This document shows, in pieces, positions 20,921 to 31,312 of a DNA stretch of 64,000 nucleotides. This stretch comes from Nitrososphaerales archaeon (GTDB lineage: Archaea; Thermoproteota; Nitrososphaeria; Nitrososphaerales; UBA213). Location of the stretch: assembly GCA_965197925.1 (NCBI GenBank), contig CBDAOC010000014.1, forward strand, positions 10,697 through 74,696, written 5' to 3'. Position numbers and translations under genes: made by a program. Under the pieces are notes generated by a model. That model was not told where the DNA came from. It saw only the letters and a list, made by a program, of their open reading frames with translations, and searched no databases. Within the stretch, counting starts at the first letter, position 1. Every line of letters starts with the position of its first letter.

Positions 20921-22892
20921 CTAATTTCACAGAAGTTTCTAAAGTCTTTAATTGGTGAGAAACTTCTAAAACTTGACAAGCTCTTGCTAAGTGCATACGA
21001 TGCGGTATACGTATAGCCATTATATCTAATGATTTGATATAAGGACTTGACTTTAATGTGAGATCAATTATTAGATGAATATCTTTAAATCGCTCTAATA
21101 ACCTATCAGCTATCCATTGTGCCCAATGTCGTTGATGAGAATCTAATGGAACATCAATCTCAAGAAAGTGATTTCCATGAAGTGTTATACTCTGTTTATC
21201 TATTGCGGGTGCTACTTTACCATCTCCATACTTCACTCTAATGTTGTTAGCGAGTTGGTAATAATCATTGTTGATAGATATATCGCTTATAGGCACAGCA
21301 AGAGTTTGTTCGTCAATTGATATAAAGTGATCTACCCAGTATACCTTATCAGTAGCTGCATGATCACTTATATCAGTTTTTCTTTGTCCGCGTGATATAC
21401 CGTGTAGTTGGTCATCGTCTTGGTCAACTGAAGTATAAGATATTAACTCATTACCAATCATTACCATTCCTGAATTAGCTATATCAACATCTCTATTGTA
21501 ATCAGTCACATGAAAGAATGTATCAGAAAGCGCTAAATCATTCAACAGCTTTCCAGAAATAGCGTCTCTTGGCTTAATAAAAAACTGTTCAAGATCAAAC
21601 CCTAATATACTTCCCGTCAAGACAGATATATCTCTAAGCACATCATACGGAGTTCTTCCGTTAGTTTCAAGAAAAGATATTCTCTGGTTTATCTCTTCTG
21701 AATACCTAATCCAATTCCAGTTAGTATATCTATCTAAAGGAAACTCCCCTCGCTGATCTATATCATCAAAGTTACCGAAACCTGAAACAAGGTTTAATTC
21801 TCCTCCATCAAATACTATAGGAGAAGATAAAGCTCCATGCCTTCCGTAGAAATAGTCTGGATCATCTTCTATAGGATTAGGGTTATCTCCAGTTGATGCG
21901 CTTCTCCAGTTTAATCCGAGAGGAATTATACTTGTTGACGGATGATCTATTCTATACAAAAATCCTATCTCTTGTTTCCAATCGTCAGACAATTGTCTTG
22001 GGTCTTGTGTATCTCTAAATATAGCGTGGTCAGAATATGCATAATGAGAACCGTCTATAAAAAACAAAAAATTACCTTGTGCTTCCAAAGACCGAGCAGC
22101 AGTTGTTATGTCTTTATATGCTTTTATGGTTACAATCTCACATGTATCAGTATTTACTCTAACTAAAGCAGCTCCTGCTTGAGATGCATTGTCAACAAAA
22201 GGCTGATCAGTCAACATATCCATTTCATCAACAGTTTGCCTATGTTTTTGTATTTGGACAACTACATAAAGATATTCTGCTATAGAAACACATTCCATAC
22301 ATCCGTTAAAGGCACCTCCAGCGTTTGATCCAAGATGATTCATCAATACAGTGTTTAGTATATTCATATCAACTATATTAAAGTCAAATGTGCATACGGA
22401 ATCAGCACCTACAATGTTCATAGTTGCAACTCTTGTATCAAAAGTGAATATGGCGATTCGCTGTGCGGAATTCATAGGAGGACCACTTGTGATTCCATGA
22501 AAAGCGGAATCAGATGTAACTGTTATTCTACATCTTGCATTAGTATCATCTGGAACAGATACCTCAATGCTATACTCATCTCCTTCTCCCATAAAGTTAG
22601 TAGGCGTTATTGTTTGAGATACAATTTCATCTGTGAGACCTATTATCTCAACAGTTATATCTCCAAACTCAAACATAGTAACATCTAAAGCATCACCGCT
22701 TGAATCTACCCAATTAAACGTTATGGCGTAGCTTGGTTGTCTTGGGACTGGGTTTCCAGAAGGAGTATCTATTCTAACGAAAGGTATAATAGGAGTAGGA
22801 GTCGGCATACCTGGGACAACAGTTGTAGCTTGCGTCACAGTAACAGAAGTCATTGTTGTTGATTCTGAGTTTTTTCTACCTCTTAATGCCAT
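20910..22892 (-). CDS. tail tip/baseplate hub-like protein
   Basis: last gene of the tail operon; IGNELISY..GISRGQ..T..H motif and hub-like C-terminus. Confidence 0.6.
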   Translation of the reverse strand: MALRGRKNSESTTMTSVTVTQATTVVPGMPTPTPIIPFVRIDTPSGNPVPRQPSYAITFNWVDSSGDALDVTMFEFGDITVEIIGLTDEIVSQTITPTNFMGEGDEYSIEVSVPDDTNARCRITVTSDSAFHGITSGPPMNSAQRIAIFTFDTRVATMNIVGADSVCTFDFNIVDMNILNTVLMNHLGSNAGGAFNGCMECVSIAEYLYVVVQIQKHRQTVDEMDMLTDQPFVDNASQAGAALVRVNTDTCEIVTIKAYKDITTAARSLEAQGNFLFFIDGSHYAYSDHAIFRDTQDPRQLSDDWKQEIGFLYRIDHPSTSIIPLGLNWRSASTGDNPNPIEDDPDYFYGRHGALSSPIVFDGGELNLVSGFGNFDDIDQRGEFPLDRYTNWNWIRYSEEINQRISFLETNGRTPYDVLRDISVLTGSILGFDLEQFFIKPRDAISGKLLNDLALSDTFFHVTDYNRDVDIANSGMVMIGNELISYTSVDQDDDQLHGISRGQRKTDISDHAATDKVYWVDHFISIDEQTLAVPISDISINNDYYQLANNIRVKYGDGKVAPAIDKQSITLHGNHFLEIDVPLDSHQRHWAQWIADRLLERFKDIHLIIDLTLKSSPYIKSLDIMAIRIPHRMHLARACQVLEVSHQLKTLETSVKLVTL

Positions 22893-24427
22893 TATGATAA
22901 TACCTTTACAAAAGTTGCTAACCTTGAAGATGTTGTTGATGTGAAAGTCACTGCCCCTTTTAGTGTTGATCCAGTTATCTCAAAACATATTCCAGCGTGA
23001 TTTTCTCTTTGATCCCAATCAACCTCTATTACAGAGTCTCCAGCCATAGCTCTTGCTATCCCAAGTTTTTGTGTTGACTGGTTATAGTATGCATAATATA
23101 AGTCGCTATTATGCCAAACTATGTTTCTCCGACTATCTGGCAGCATAGTTGTAGAATAGTTTTTATTAGGTATTCCGCCTTCAAAATCATTGTTTCCGAG
23201 AACGTAGAAATGCGCTAATTGAGGTTTATACTGCGATGTAGTTGATACATAACTGTTACTATATGTGTTTGAAATTTGATTCCATAACGCTATAGTGTTT
23301 GTGCAACTTAGCTCCATAGCATCATAAGACGCTGCTCCACTTGTTAGTATAGCAAAATTGTCTCCGTCTTTAGCAAACCTCCAATACTCTATACCTGTTG
23401 TAGGAGCTCTGTGTATTCTATCCTCTACCCTTGTGATTTTATTGTATCTTATTATTGAGCTTCTATTTATTACGTCTCCCCTTATAGCGTTATAGAGAAA
23501 ATAGTAATAGTCTCCTTCTTGAATAATATCAGTGATATGACCTTCCCAACTAATAGGATTAGAGCTTCCTATATTGCCAATGATATTATATCCAGGTCTG
23601 CCGTTTGATGAAAAGTTGCTGGAAACAATCTTTTTTACTATTTGTATATCTCTGTTAGAAGCATCAATTCCAACTTTGTCTAATACCTTTTCAACAGCAT
23701 CTAAAACATGTATATGTCTAAATGGAGACTTCATCTCTATCTGTGGATAAGCGTTATTGATATTATTTATTAAGCCTCCTTCAGACTCAATCCCACTGTC
23801 CGATACTATAAAGTTCCGAGAGTCAAGTTCACCTTCTTCTGAAAGCTCATCAACTTGATTGATTTCATTATTAAAACCTCTGTTAACAATTATAGAATCA
23901 TCTGATGGAGGTAATACTGCACGAAGTATAGGATATGCTCCATTGGCAGACTCTTGAGCTATTCCAGCCAATAGCATAAAATGTCTATCTATACCAAAAT
24001 CAGTTATGTCTCCAGTTGTTAAAGCCCTAAGTCTATCTCCACATACAACATCTATTTGAGCTGATTTTGCAGCCTGCTTTATTCTGATTATTTCACCTAC
24101 GAAGATAGTCTCTAAATGATCCACTCCGTCCACTGAAAAACCAGACTTTATCTCAACTGGAGAATGATATCCAGATTGTTGCCCTCCATTTCTTACAAAG
24201 AAGTTATCTTCATTATTTGCAGCAAAATCTCCGTCTGCATCATTGATAATAAATCCAGACTCTCCCATTCTATATTCTGTAAGGTCTGGATAATCAACTC
24301 TCTGTGTTATATTTTTTATCTCTTTGATATTTCTGGGCGCAGATATAGATCGTGTTATGTCTTCTCCATGAATAAACACTTGAACTATAACTGGATAGTT
24401 TTGATAACTAAGTTGTTTAAGATTCAT
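22892..24427 (-). CDS. minor tail protein
   Basis: tail operon position; IFVGEI...DRLRAL hub-like N-terminus. Confidence 0.55.
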   Translation of the reverse strand: MNLKQLSYQNYPVIVQVFIHGEDITRSISAPRNIKEIKNITQRVDYPDLTEYRMGESGFIINDADGDFAANNEDNFFVRNGGQQSGYHSPVEIKSGFSVDGVDHLETIFVGEIIRIKQAAKSAQIDVVCGDRLRALTTGDITDFGIDRHFMLLAGIAQESANGAYPILRAVLPPSDDSIIVNRGFNNEINQVDELSEEGELDSRNFIVSDSGIESEGGLINNINNAYPQIEMKSPFRHIHVLDAVEKVLDKVGIDASNRDIQIVKKIVSSNFSSNGRPGYNIIGNIGSSNPISWEGHITDIIQEGDYYYFLYNAIRGDVINRSSIIRYNKITRVEDRIHRAPTTGIEYWRFAKDGDNFAILTSGAASYDAMELSCTNTIALWNQISNTYSNSYVSTTSQYKPQLAHFYVLGNNDFEGGIPNKNYSTTMLPDSRRNIVWHNSDLYYAYYNQSTQKLGIARAMAGDSVIEVDWDQRENHAGICFEITGSTLKGAVTFTSTTSSRLATFVKVLS

Positions 24428-24429
24428 AA

Positions 24430-25803
24430 TTAAGCATTCGGATCTTCAAATATAGTTACTGTTCCAAATGAAAAATCACCTACGTAAAAATTACCATCGT
24501 TATAGTCTATATGTTGATATACTCTGTCAGATGAATTTGCCTGTATCAACTCGCTTTCAGGAGTAAACTCATACTGTGTTTGCCTTACTCCGCTTGTATT
24601 GTAACATCTAAATAAATACTGAGATGGAGGATCTGAAGATAATAAATAAGTAAAAATGTATATTCTATCATTAACATCATCATAGCATATTCCGCTTGGG
24701 GTATGAAAAATAGGAATATCTGGATCAAAACTACTTGAAGATGAATGAGAACCAGTTGCTGTATAAGCTCTTACTTGATATGTATCATCTCCTCCATCAG
24801 CATCATCATCAAAATGTATACTGTATACTCTATTATTTCCAAATGTTATATCTATAGGTTTATATCTTCCGCCAATGTTTACAGCTCTAATCCTTGTTGA
24901 TGGACTAAACCAATCTCTTTCTACAATCCTAATTGTATTTCCAAAGTTAGTAGTAATATAATAGAAATCAAAATTAGGAGATCCTTCAGCACATAAACCT
25001 CCGCTGTTAAAGGTTCCCAACACATTTTGACCAGATTGTAAAGTAAAATCAACTTCGCTATGAAATTCAAGTGTATCAGACCTATACCTCAATAATTGAC
25101 CATCTCCATCTCTATTTTCATAAAGTATATTGATAAAGCTATACTCATCTCCAGTTTGAATGTTAGCGATTCCTCCAAATACTGCCATTCCGAAAATCTC
25201 CGCATTTCGGGTGTTATCATCTTGTCTAACATCAAATCTTGCATAGTCAAGTATATTGGCAGTTCCAGTTAAAGTATGTTCTCCTCCACTATTAGTAGCT
25301 ACTACAGTTATAGTTCCAGAATCAATAGTAAAATCTTTGTCGCTTGGAATATCTCCAAAGATTAATACACCTTCAGCATTTGTTTCATGATTTAAAAATA
25401 TCCAAGGCCCAGTTACTTTAACATCTGTTGGATTATTTGCTATATTTATCTGTTGTTCAAATCTTGTTCCTTTGGAAATTGAAAGCGGCCCAAAACTCTC
25501 TATAACTGGAGAAGGTGTAACTACACTATACATTACAGATCTTGTTATACTTTGAGTTCCTTTATTAGCATGTATAGTAAATGTATTTTCTACCAAAAGA
25601 TTTTCTGGATGACCTTCAATATTCAGTATACCAGTAGCACTATCAAAATCTGTTCCAAATCCTTCTATGTCTCCAGTAATATAAGCTTCATCTGGATTAC
25701 CAGTTATAGCTACTTGGACAGAAAAATCTTGATCTACAAGCCACATCTGTGCGCTTATAGCACCGATTGATAAAGTTGATACTTGCCTTGGACCTAAACC
25801 CAT
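24430..25803 (-). CDS. virion surface protein (Ig-like repeats plus beta-propeller-like C-terminus)
   Basis: TITVVATNSGG Ig-type strand; PIDITF/PSGICYD NHL-like blades. Confidence 0.55.
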   Translation of the reverse strand: MGLGPRQVSTLSIGAISAQMWLVDQDFSVQVAITGNPDEAYITGDIEGFGTDFDSATGILNIEGHPENLLVENTFTIHANKGTQSITRSVMYSVVTPSPVIESFGPLSISKGTRFEQQINIANNPTDVKVTGPWIFLNHETNAEGVLIFGDIPSDKDFTIDSGTITVVATNSGGEHTLTGTANILDYARFDVRQDDNTRNAEIFGMAVFGGIANIQTGDEYSFINILYENRDGDGQLLRYRSDTLEFHSEVDFTLQSGQNVLGTFNSGGLCAEGSPNFDFYYITTNFGNTIRIVERDWFSPSTRIRAVNIGGRYKPIDITFGNNRVYSIHFDDDADGGDDTYQVRAYTATGSHSSSSSFDPDIPIFHTPSGICYDDVNDRIYIFTYLLSSDPPSQYLFRCYNTSGVRQTQYEFTPESELIQANSSDRVYQHIDYNDGNFYVGDFSFGTVTIFEDPNA

Positions 25804-25812
25804 AATATACCT

Positions 25813-27909
25813 TTAATTATCAGGTCCTCTTACTGTTCCTGGAATCATAGTTAAATTATATGCACCAGTAATACTATCTATATGAGATTGAACGTTTACA
25901 AATCTAAATAAGAAATACTTTGAAGGCGTAGTATTGCCATCATCTTCAAAATCAGTATTTTGACCAGCTACTATCTCATTTTCATTCGGAGCAACTCCGC
26001 TATCTATATCAAGCTTTACCCAGTCTCCTTCTACATCATTCAAGTCATCAGTATTAGGATCTCTTGGATCTCCTTGACTGTCAGTTAAGTTATTCAAATC
26101 AACACTTTGTGGAGCAGGTGATGCATGTATATCAACAATACCAGATCCAATATACCTATAAACCTCTGGATTTGAAAGATTAGCCCCTTCCTGTATAAAC
26201 TTTGCCCAAGCTATTCCAGTAACTTCTTCATCATACTCAAAGTATACATCCCAAGCTCCGACAGTTATTGATCCAGATATTTCGTAATCTACTATATTAG
26301 GTATCTTAGTATTATACGGAACTTGTATATCAGCAAATATAGCTTCTTCCATTACAAGTCCGTTTACTTTAGTTACTTCACCTATAAATCCAATCTCAAA
26401 AACACCTGATCTATCTAATTTAGGTATAAAGATTAGTTTGTAACTTGCACCTGAACCAATTAGATAATACTCTAAATCTTCTATATCATCTCCAGATATT
26501 TTGCTAATAGAAAAGTTTTCTTTGTATAAAAATATAAGAGCTTCTTCAAATACTATATCAACTTCTACTTGATACTCTCCAAGATCGTTTTCAACATATT
26601 CTATATCAGAAGAATCAATCTGAACTTCTGTTATAGTATCATAAGCTACAGTAACAGCATCAACTATTACATCTACTGATACTGGATCTAATGTAACTTG
26701 ACCAGTTACATCTATAGAAAAAGAACCTTCAACACTATCTGGTATAGTGAAAGTCAATATGTAAGCTAAACCTGTTCCTGAAAGAACAAAGCTAACTCCT
26801 GTTATTCCATTGCCTCCGACAGCAGATATATCAATATCCGCTTCTTCAAGATCAGTTACTTCGTGTGCAAACGATAACATTATCTGGAAAGTTCCAGTCT
26901 TAGTTCCTGTATGACCTGTAAGATTAGCATTGATACGAGTTATAGTATTATACTCTATATCTAAAGATTCAAATGATATATCAAGCGAATTGCCGTCAGC
27001 ATCAGTTACTGATCCGATTAATCCTAAAGTAAAAGAACCTCTCCGCTCTTCTGGCAAATCAATACTCAAAGTATAATCTGTTCCAGAACCAGTAATAGTT
27101 ACTCCGCCAAAAGATGCGAATGTCGGAGCTATTATTAAAGATGATATATTTATATTAGAAGATGAAAATCCAGTAATAGATTCTCCAAATCTTATCTCTA
27201 CAGAAAAGTCATCAGTTTTTAAATTATCTACATAATTAACAAGTGATACATCTACATTATTCTCTGTGTTATATTGTATAGTTACTGGATCAAGTGTTAC
27301 TTCTTCTGAATCACCTCTAAATGATATAGTAGTAGCAACATCACCAGTTAACCCTGACGAGTCTATATTTGATACTACAAAATATCTAAAAGCCCCTCCT
27401 GAAACTCCAGGTATATTTATTTGAGATCCTTTTGAACTAAACGATACAGTTTGAGTATTAGAACCTTGTTGTATCACTATAACTGGATAATCTGTAGCAT
27501 TGACTGAGTTGATGAAAGTCGCTTCATCTGTTCCAGTCATATAAGCTATAACCAGTATATCAGTAGTTCCTCCAGTCTGTAAATGATCTACATCATCAAC
27601 TGAAGTAGCAAATCCTGAAAGACTTACTCCTCCCCATACTCTTGGCAATACTACTTCAGGTGTAACTTCGCCAGTTATATCAAATGTAAAAGACCCTATA
27701 GCATCATCTGGTAGATTTATAGGTATAGTTCTATCTGCTCCAGAACCAGTTATATCTCCAATAGTAACTCCAGTTATCCCATTGCCAGTAGACGCAACTA
27801 TAGCAATATCAGAAGCTTCAAAATTAACAACAGCTTCTTCAAAAGCTGCTACTATATTAAAGCTTGATTCTTTTATTCCAGTATGTCCAGATAGAGTTAC
27901 GTTTGGCAT
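25813..27909 (-). CDS. virion protein with tandem bacterial Ig-like domains
   Basis: repeated F.E.V..F...DI...GSG..Y......GSF units. Confidence 0.65.
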   Translation of the reverse strand: MPNVTLSGHTGIKESSFNIVAAFEEAVVNFEASDIAIVASTGNGITGVTIGDITGSGADRTIPINLPDDAIGSFTFDITGEVTPEVVLPRVWGGVSLSGFATSVDDVDHLQTGGTTDILVIAYMTGTDEATFINSVNATDYPVIVIQQGSNTQTVSFSSKGSQINIPGVSGGAFRYFVVSNIDSSGLTGDVATTISFRGDSEEVTLDPVTIQYNTENNVDVSLVNYVDNLKTDDFSVEIRFGESITGFSSSNINISSLIIAPTFASFGGVTITGSGTDYTLSIDLPEERRGSFTLGLIGSVTDADGNSLDISFESLDIEYNTITRINANLTGHTGTKTGTFQIMLSFAHEVTDLEEADIDISAVGGNGITGVSFVLSGTGLAYILTFTIPDSVEGSFSIDVTGQVTLDPVSVDVIVDAVTVAYDTITEVQIDSSDIEYVENDLGEYQVEVDIVFEEALIFLYKENFSISKISGDDIEDLEYYLIGSGASYKLIFIPKLDRSGVFEIGFIGEVTKVNGLVMEEAIFADIQVPYNTKIPNIVDYEISGSITVGAWDVYFEYDEEVTGIAWAKFIQEGANLSNPEVYRYIGSGIVDIHASPAPQSVDLNNLTDSQGDPRDPNTDDLNDVEGDWVKLDIDSGVAPNENEIVAGQNTDFEDDGNTTPSKYFLFRFVNVQSHIDSITGAYNLTMIPGTVRGPDN

Positions 27910-27915
27910 GAGTTA

Positions 27916-29082
27916 TTATAGGTAATAAATACCTTTACCTGCTTTATGAGCATCAACGTGTTCTAAAAGCCTATTAAAATAGCCATCATATCTATCAGCT
28001 AAAACATCTGTAGAAAAGTTATCCTGCACCCATTTTCTGCAATTTTCAGGTTTTATTTTACCTATATCCTTAACTGCTTCTATGCCTTGCTTAAATCCTC
28101 TTACAAGATAACCAGAATATCCTTCTTTCACAGTCTCTCGGAATGCTCCCCAATCTGTTGCTATAACTGGAGTTCCGCAAGCTCCAGCTTCTATAACAGT
28201 AAGTCCAAATGGCTCTACATAATGACTCAAAGAAAAAACTGCCATAGCGTTTTTCATTAAGTCGCTTCTTTCTTTAGGTCCTACTACTCCAAGTAATTCT
28301 ACATGATCTGGAGGATCATATCCGAAAGTGTTTCTAAAGTTTCCTTGACCAGCTATCTTTAACTTTATTCCAAGATGCTGGGATATTCTTATAGCTAACT
28401 CAATTCCTTTAACTGGAACTATCCTTGATATATGCAACAAGTAATCTTCTTTTTTATCTTCATATTCAAACTCACTCATATCAACTGGGTGTGGAATTAT
28501 ATCATCTTGCCATTTAGTCGCTCCATAAGGGTTGCATGTAGGAGTCCACTTATTCATATCATTTCTATCTTCTTTTGGAATTTTTTCCCATCTCTCATGA
28601 AACTGTCCATACTTAAAGCTCATCCAAGAATTAGATGCAAAAACTCTATTATTAGCAAATATACAATCATAACCTACAGCTGGCTCTACATGTATCATAT
28701 CTACATCACGAAGGTCGTTAGATATTTCTATCTGCGTATTACCAGCAAAAAAGCATAGCATATCTCTTGCATTTGCCCTTTTTCTTATTTCATGAGAAGC
28801 CCTTGTTCTAAACATATTATATGCATAGTTTCTATTTCCTATAGCATATAAATGCTCTTGTTCTTCAAAGTCTTTTGTATAAGTTTCCTCAAGTTCTTTA
28901 ATTGTCAAAACATCTACGTGTTCTGTGCAATTAACTTCGGATGTTTCTGCTCCATAATGTATAACTTCATGCACTTTACTCATCAACATATCAGATACAC
29001 AAATAGCATTATGAGTGAATGGGCATGTAGAAAACTCTTTTGAAGATATACTTCTTGATAAACCTAATACATGAATAACCAC
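27916..29082 (-). CDS. GT-B (GT4-like) glycosyltransferase
   Basis: RIVPVKG and EPFGLTVIEAGACGTPVIA motifs. Confidence 0.9.
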   Translation of the reverse strand: MVIHVLGLSRSISSKEFSTCPFTHNAICVSDMLMSKVHEVIHYGAETSEVNCTEHVDVLTIKELEETYTKDFEEQEHLYAIGNRNYAYNMFRTRASHEIRKRANARDMLCFFAGNTQIEISNDLRDVDMIHVEPAVGYDCIFANNRVFASNSWMSFKYGQFHERWEKIPKEDRNDMNKWTPTCNPYGATKWQDDIIPHPVDMSEFEYEDKKEDYLLHISRIVPVKGIELAIRISQHLGIKLKIAGQGNFRNTFGYDPPDHVELLGVVGPKERSDLMKNAMAVFSLSHYVEPFGLTVIEAGACGTPVIATDWGAFRETVKEGYSGYLVRGFKQGIEAVKDIGKIKPENCRKWVQDNFSTDVLADRYDGYFNRLLEHVDAHKAGKGIYYL

Positions 29083-29093
29083 TATTTGACTCC

Positions 29094-29774
29094 TTATCTT
29101 GGGTAAAGAGGATATACAATATGCTCTGATAAATTAACAGTGCTATCTATAATTATATCTTCATCTGTCAATAACCCAGATAATATAAATGTAAGATTAT
29201 CCGTAGGAAATCCCTCAAGATAATTCTCATTAGTTATATCCCTTTTTATCAGCGAATATCCGTTTGATCTCATAATATCAATCAATCTATTAGTAATATA
29301 AGTATTATGAGACTCTATAGCAAAACAATCTGGTTTTATTGAAAAACTATAAGATTCTAATATATCTAATTCAGAACCTTCAACATCCATTACTATAACT
29401 TTGACTTTATGGTCTATAGTTTTTAGTAACTTATCAAGAGTTATAGATTTAGAAGTTTCTTTTTCGTTTCCGCCTATTTTACCGTCTGGTTGTAAATCGT
29501 CATGGTATATTATACCATCATTTGTATTATATATCAACTTTCTAATGAATTCACAGTTATTTAAGTTAGAATATCTACGACTTACATATTCTATAGACTT
29601 TTGGCACATATCAACTCCATAATAAAACATAGGAGAATTAGATCTTATTTGTTTTGGCAAAGTTACATCTTCCATTCTTTCATTTAGTATATTATCCATA
29701 CTACCCCAGTTATTTTGAGTAACATAGATATACTCACAGCATTTAAATAGACCTATTTGAATAAGGCAATCCAT
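29094..29774 (-). CDS. FkbM-like SAM methyltransferase
   Basis: TLDKL...VMDVEGSELDIL...AIESH. Confidence 0.75.
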   Translation of the reverse strand: MDCLIQIGLFKCCEYIYVTQNNWGSMDNILNERMEDVTLPKQIRSNSPMFYYGVDMCQKSIEYVSRRYSNLNNCEFIRKLIYNTNDGIIYHDDLQPDGKIGGNEKETSKSITLDKLLKTIDHKVKVIVMDVEGSELDILESYSFSIKPDCFAIESHNTYITNRLIDIMRSNGYSLIKRDITNENYLEGFPTDNLTFILSGLLTDEDIIIDSTVNLSEHIVYPLYPR

Positions 29775-29775
29775 A

Positions 29776-31053
29776 TTATGTTCCTGTTAAACTATTTAAA
29801 GCTGTTACCATAGTAGATCTTGCAGAATTTGAAACTGGTGAAGAAGCTAACTCTGAGAATAACTGGGCTATTCTATTTTGAAATTGAGCGTCAGTTGATA
29901 AGTCTAATTCAATTACAAGAGTAGTTCCTACAAACCTTTTTCTTGTTCCAACTGCAGTATTTAAGTTACTATTTAATAATGTTCTAAACTCCGATGGAGA
30001 TAGATCATTTTCAATATAGTAATCAGATTGTATATTGTTAGTTACTGTTTCATCTATGTAATAGTTATTCTGATTAGTTATAGTATTAGTAACTGTTCTG
30101 TCAATATAGTAATCTTGTTGATTATTGTTAGTTACTGTTTCATCTATGTAATAGTTATTCTGAAAGTTATTAGTAATAGTATTAGTTACAGTTTCATCTA
30201 TGTAATAGTTATTCTGATTAGTTATAGTATTAGTAACTGTTCTGTCAATATAGTAATCTTGTTGATTATTGTTAGTTACTGTTTCATCTATGTAATAATC
30301 TTGTTGGAAGTAGTTATTAGTGGTAACTGTCTCATCAATATAATAATCTTGTTGGAAGTAGTTATTATTAGTTACAGTCTCGTCAATATAATAGTCATTC
30401 TGTATATTATTAGTAACTGTCTCATCTATGTAGTAGTCGTTCTGGACGTTGTTAGTAACTGTCTGAGTCACATAATAGTCATTCTGTATATTATTAGTAA
30501 CTGTCTCATCTATGTAGTAGTCATTCTGATTAGTTACTGTTTCATCTATATAGTAATCTTGCTGATTATTGTTAGTTACTGTTTCATCTATATAGTAGTC
30601 ATTCTGAAAGTAATTATTGTTAGTAATAGTTTCATCTATGTAATAGTCATTCTGAACATAGTAATCGTTCTGGACAGTCTCATCTATGTAATAGTCATTC
30701 TGAACATAGTAGTCGTTTTGAACATAGTAATCATTCTGTATAACAGTTTGAGCAACTGCTTCCTGCCCAACAACAATCTCAAAATAAGTTTTTGAAACCT
30801 CCCCGCTACCCTGTGTAGCCGTGAGCTCTATCGTTACTATAACTCTATCTGTTATTTCTCCAGCAGTTATTAGAAGATCAGTTCCAACTACTGGAGACTC
30901 TACAGTCGCATGCTCTGTATTAAGTGAACGAGCGTCTATAGCAGTATCAATAGGATGTAAAAGATACCTTCTTATATTAGGAAGCTTATACTCCTCTTGT
31001 GATACTAAATTAATTCTTTGTATCTGCTGTGACCACTCGTTTACTAATGCCAT
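29776..31053 (-). CDS. N/T/Y/Q-rich repeat protein
   Basis: 19 variable-length Q(N/Q/S)(D/N)YY(I/V) units. Confidence 0.8.
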   Translation of the reverse strand: MALVNEWSQQIQRINLVSQEEYKLPNIRRYLLHPIDTAIDARSLNTEHATVESPVVGTDLLITAGEITDRVIVTIELTATQGSGEVSKTYFEIVVGQEAVAQTVIQNDYYVQNDYYVQNDYYIDETVQNDYYVQNDYYIDETITNNNYFQNDYYIDETVTNNNQQDYYIDETVTNQNDYYIDETVTNNIQNDYYVTQTVTNNVQNDYYIDETVTNNIQNDYYIDETVTNNNYFQQDYYIDETVTTNNYFQQDYYIDETVTNNNQQDYYIDRTVTNTITNQNNYYIDETVTNTITNNFQNNYYIDETVTNNNQQDYYIDRTVTNTITNQNNYYIDETVTNNIQSDYYIENDLSPSEFRTLLNSNLNTAVGTRKRFVGTTLVIELDLSTDAQFQNRIAQLFSELASSPVSNSARSTMVTALNSLTGT

Positions 31054-31055
31054 AA

Positions 31056-31301
31056 TTATTCTTCTGGATCATCTGTCCTCAAGTCTATAAACTGAAGATT
31101 TTCAATAGCAGTTATCTCATCTTGAGCACGTTTAATATAAGATTCAGCATCAACTTTTTCGGTAAAACTTGCTAAAACATTTCTGTCTTCTGCAAGTCTT
31201 CCTGATACAACTTTCCATTCACTATTATCAACATCCTCAATAATGTCTAATTCTTGTAAAGCATATAGATCAGTTGTTCTTCCATCTAATAAAACAAACA
31301 T
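31056..31301 (-). CDS. hypothetical protein
   Basis: AAGGAG RBS, within the operon. Confidence 0.6.
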   Translation of the reverse strand: MFVLLDGRTTDLYALQELDIIEDVDNSEWKVVSGRLAEDRNVLASFTEKVDAESYIKRAQDEITAIENLQFIDLRTDDPEE

Positions 31302-31312
31302 ATTATATCTCC

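Noticed and set aside
30028..30795. Very hydrophobic 255 aa plus-strand ORF
   Set aside because: Antisense shadow of the N/T/Y repeat gene.
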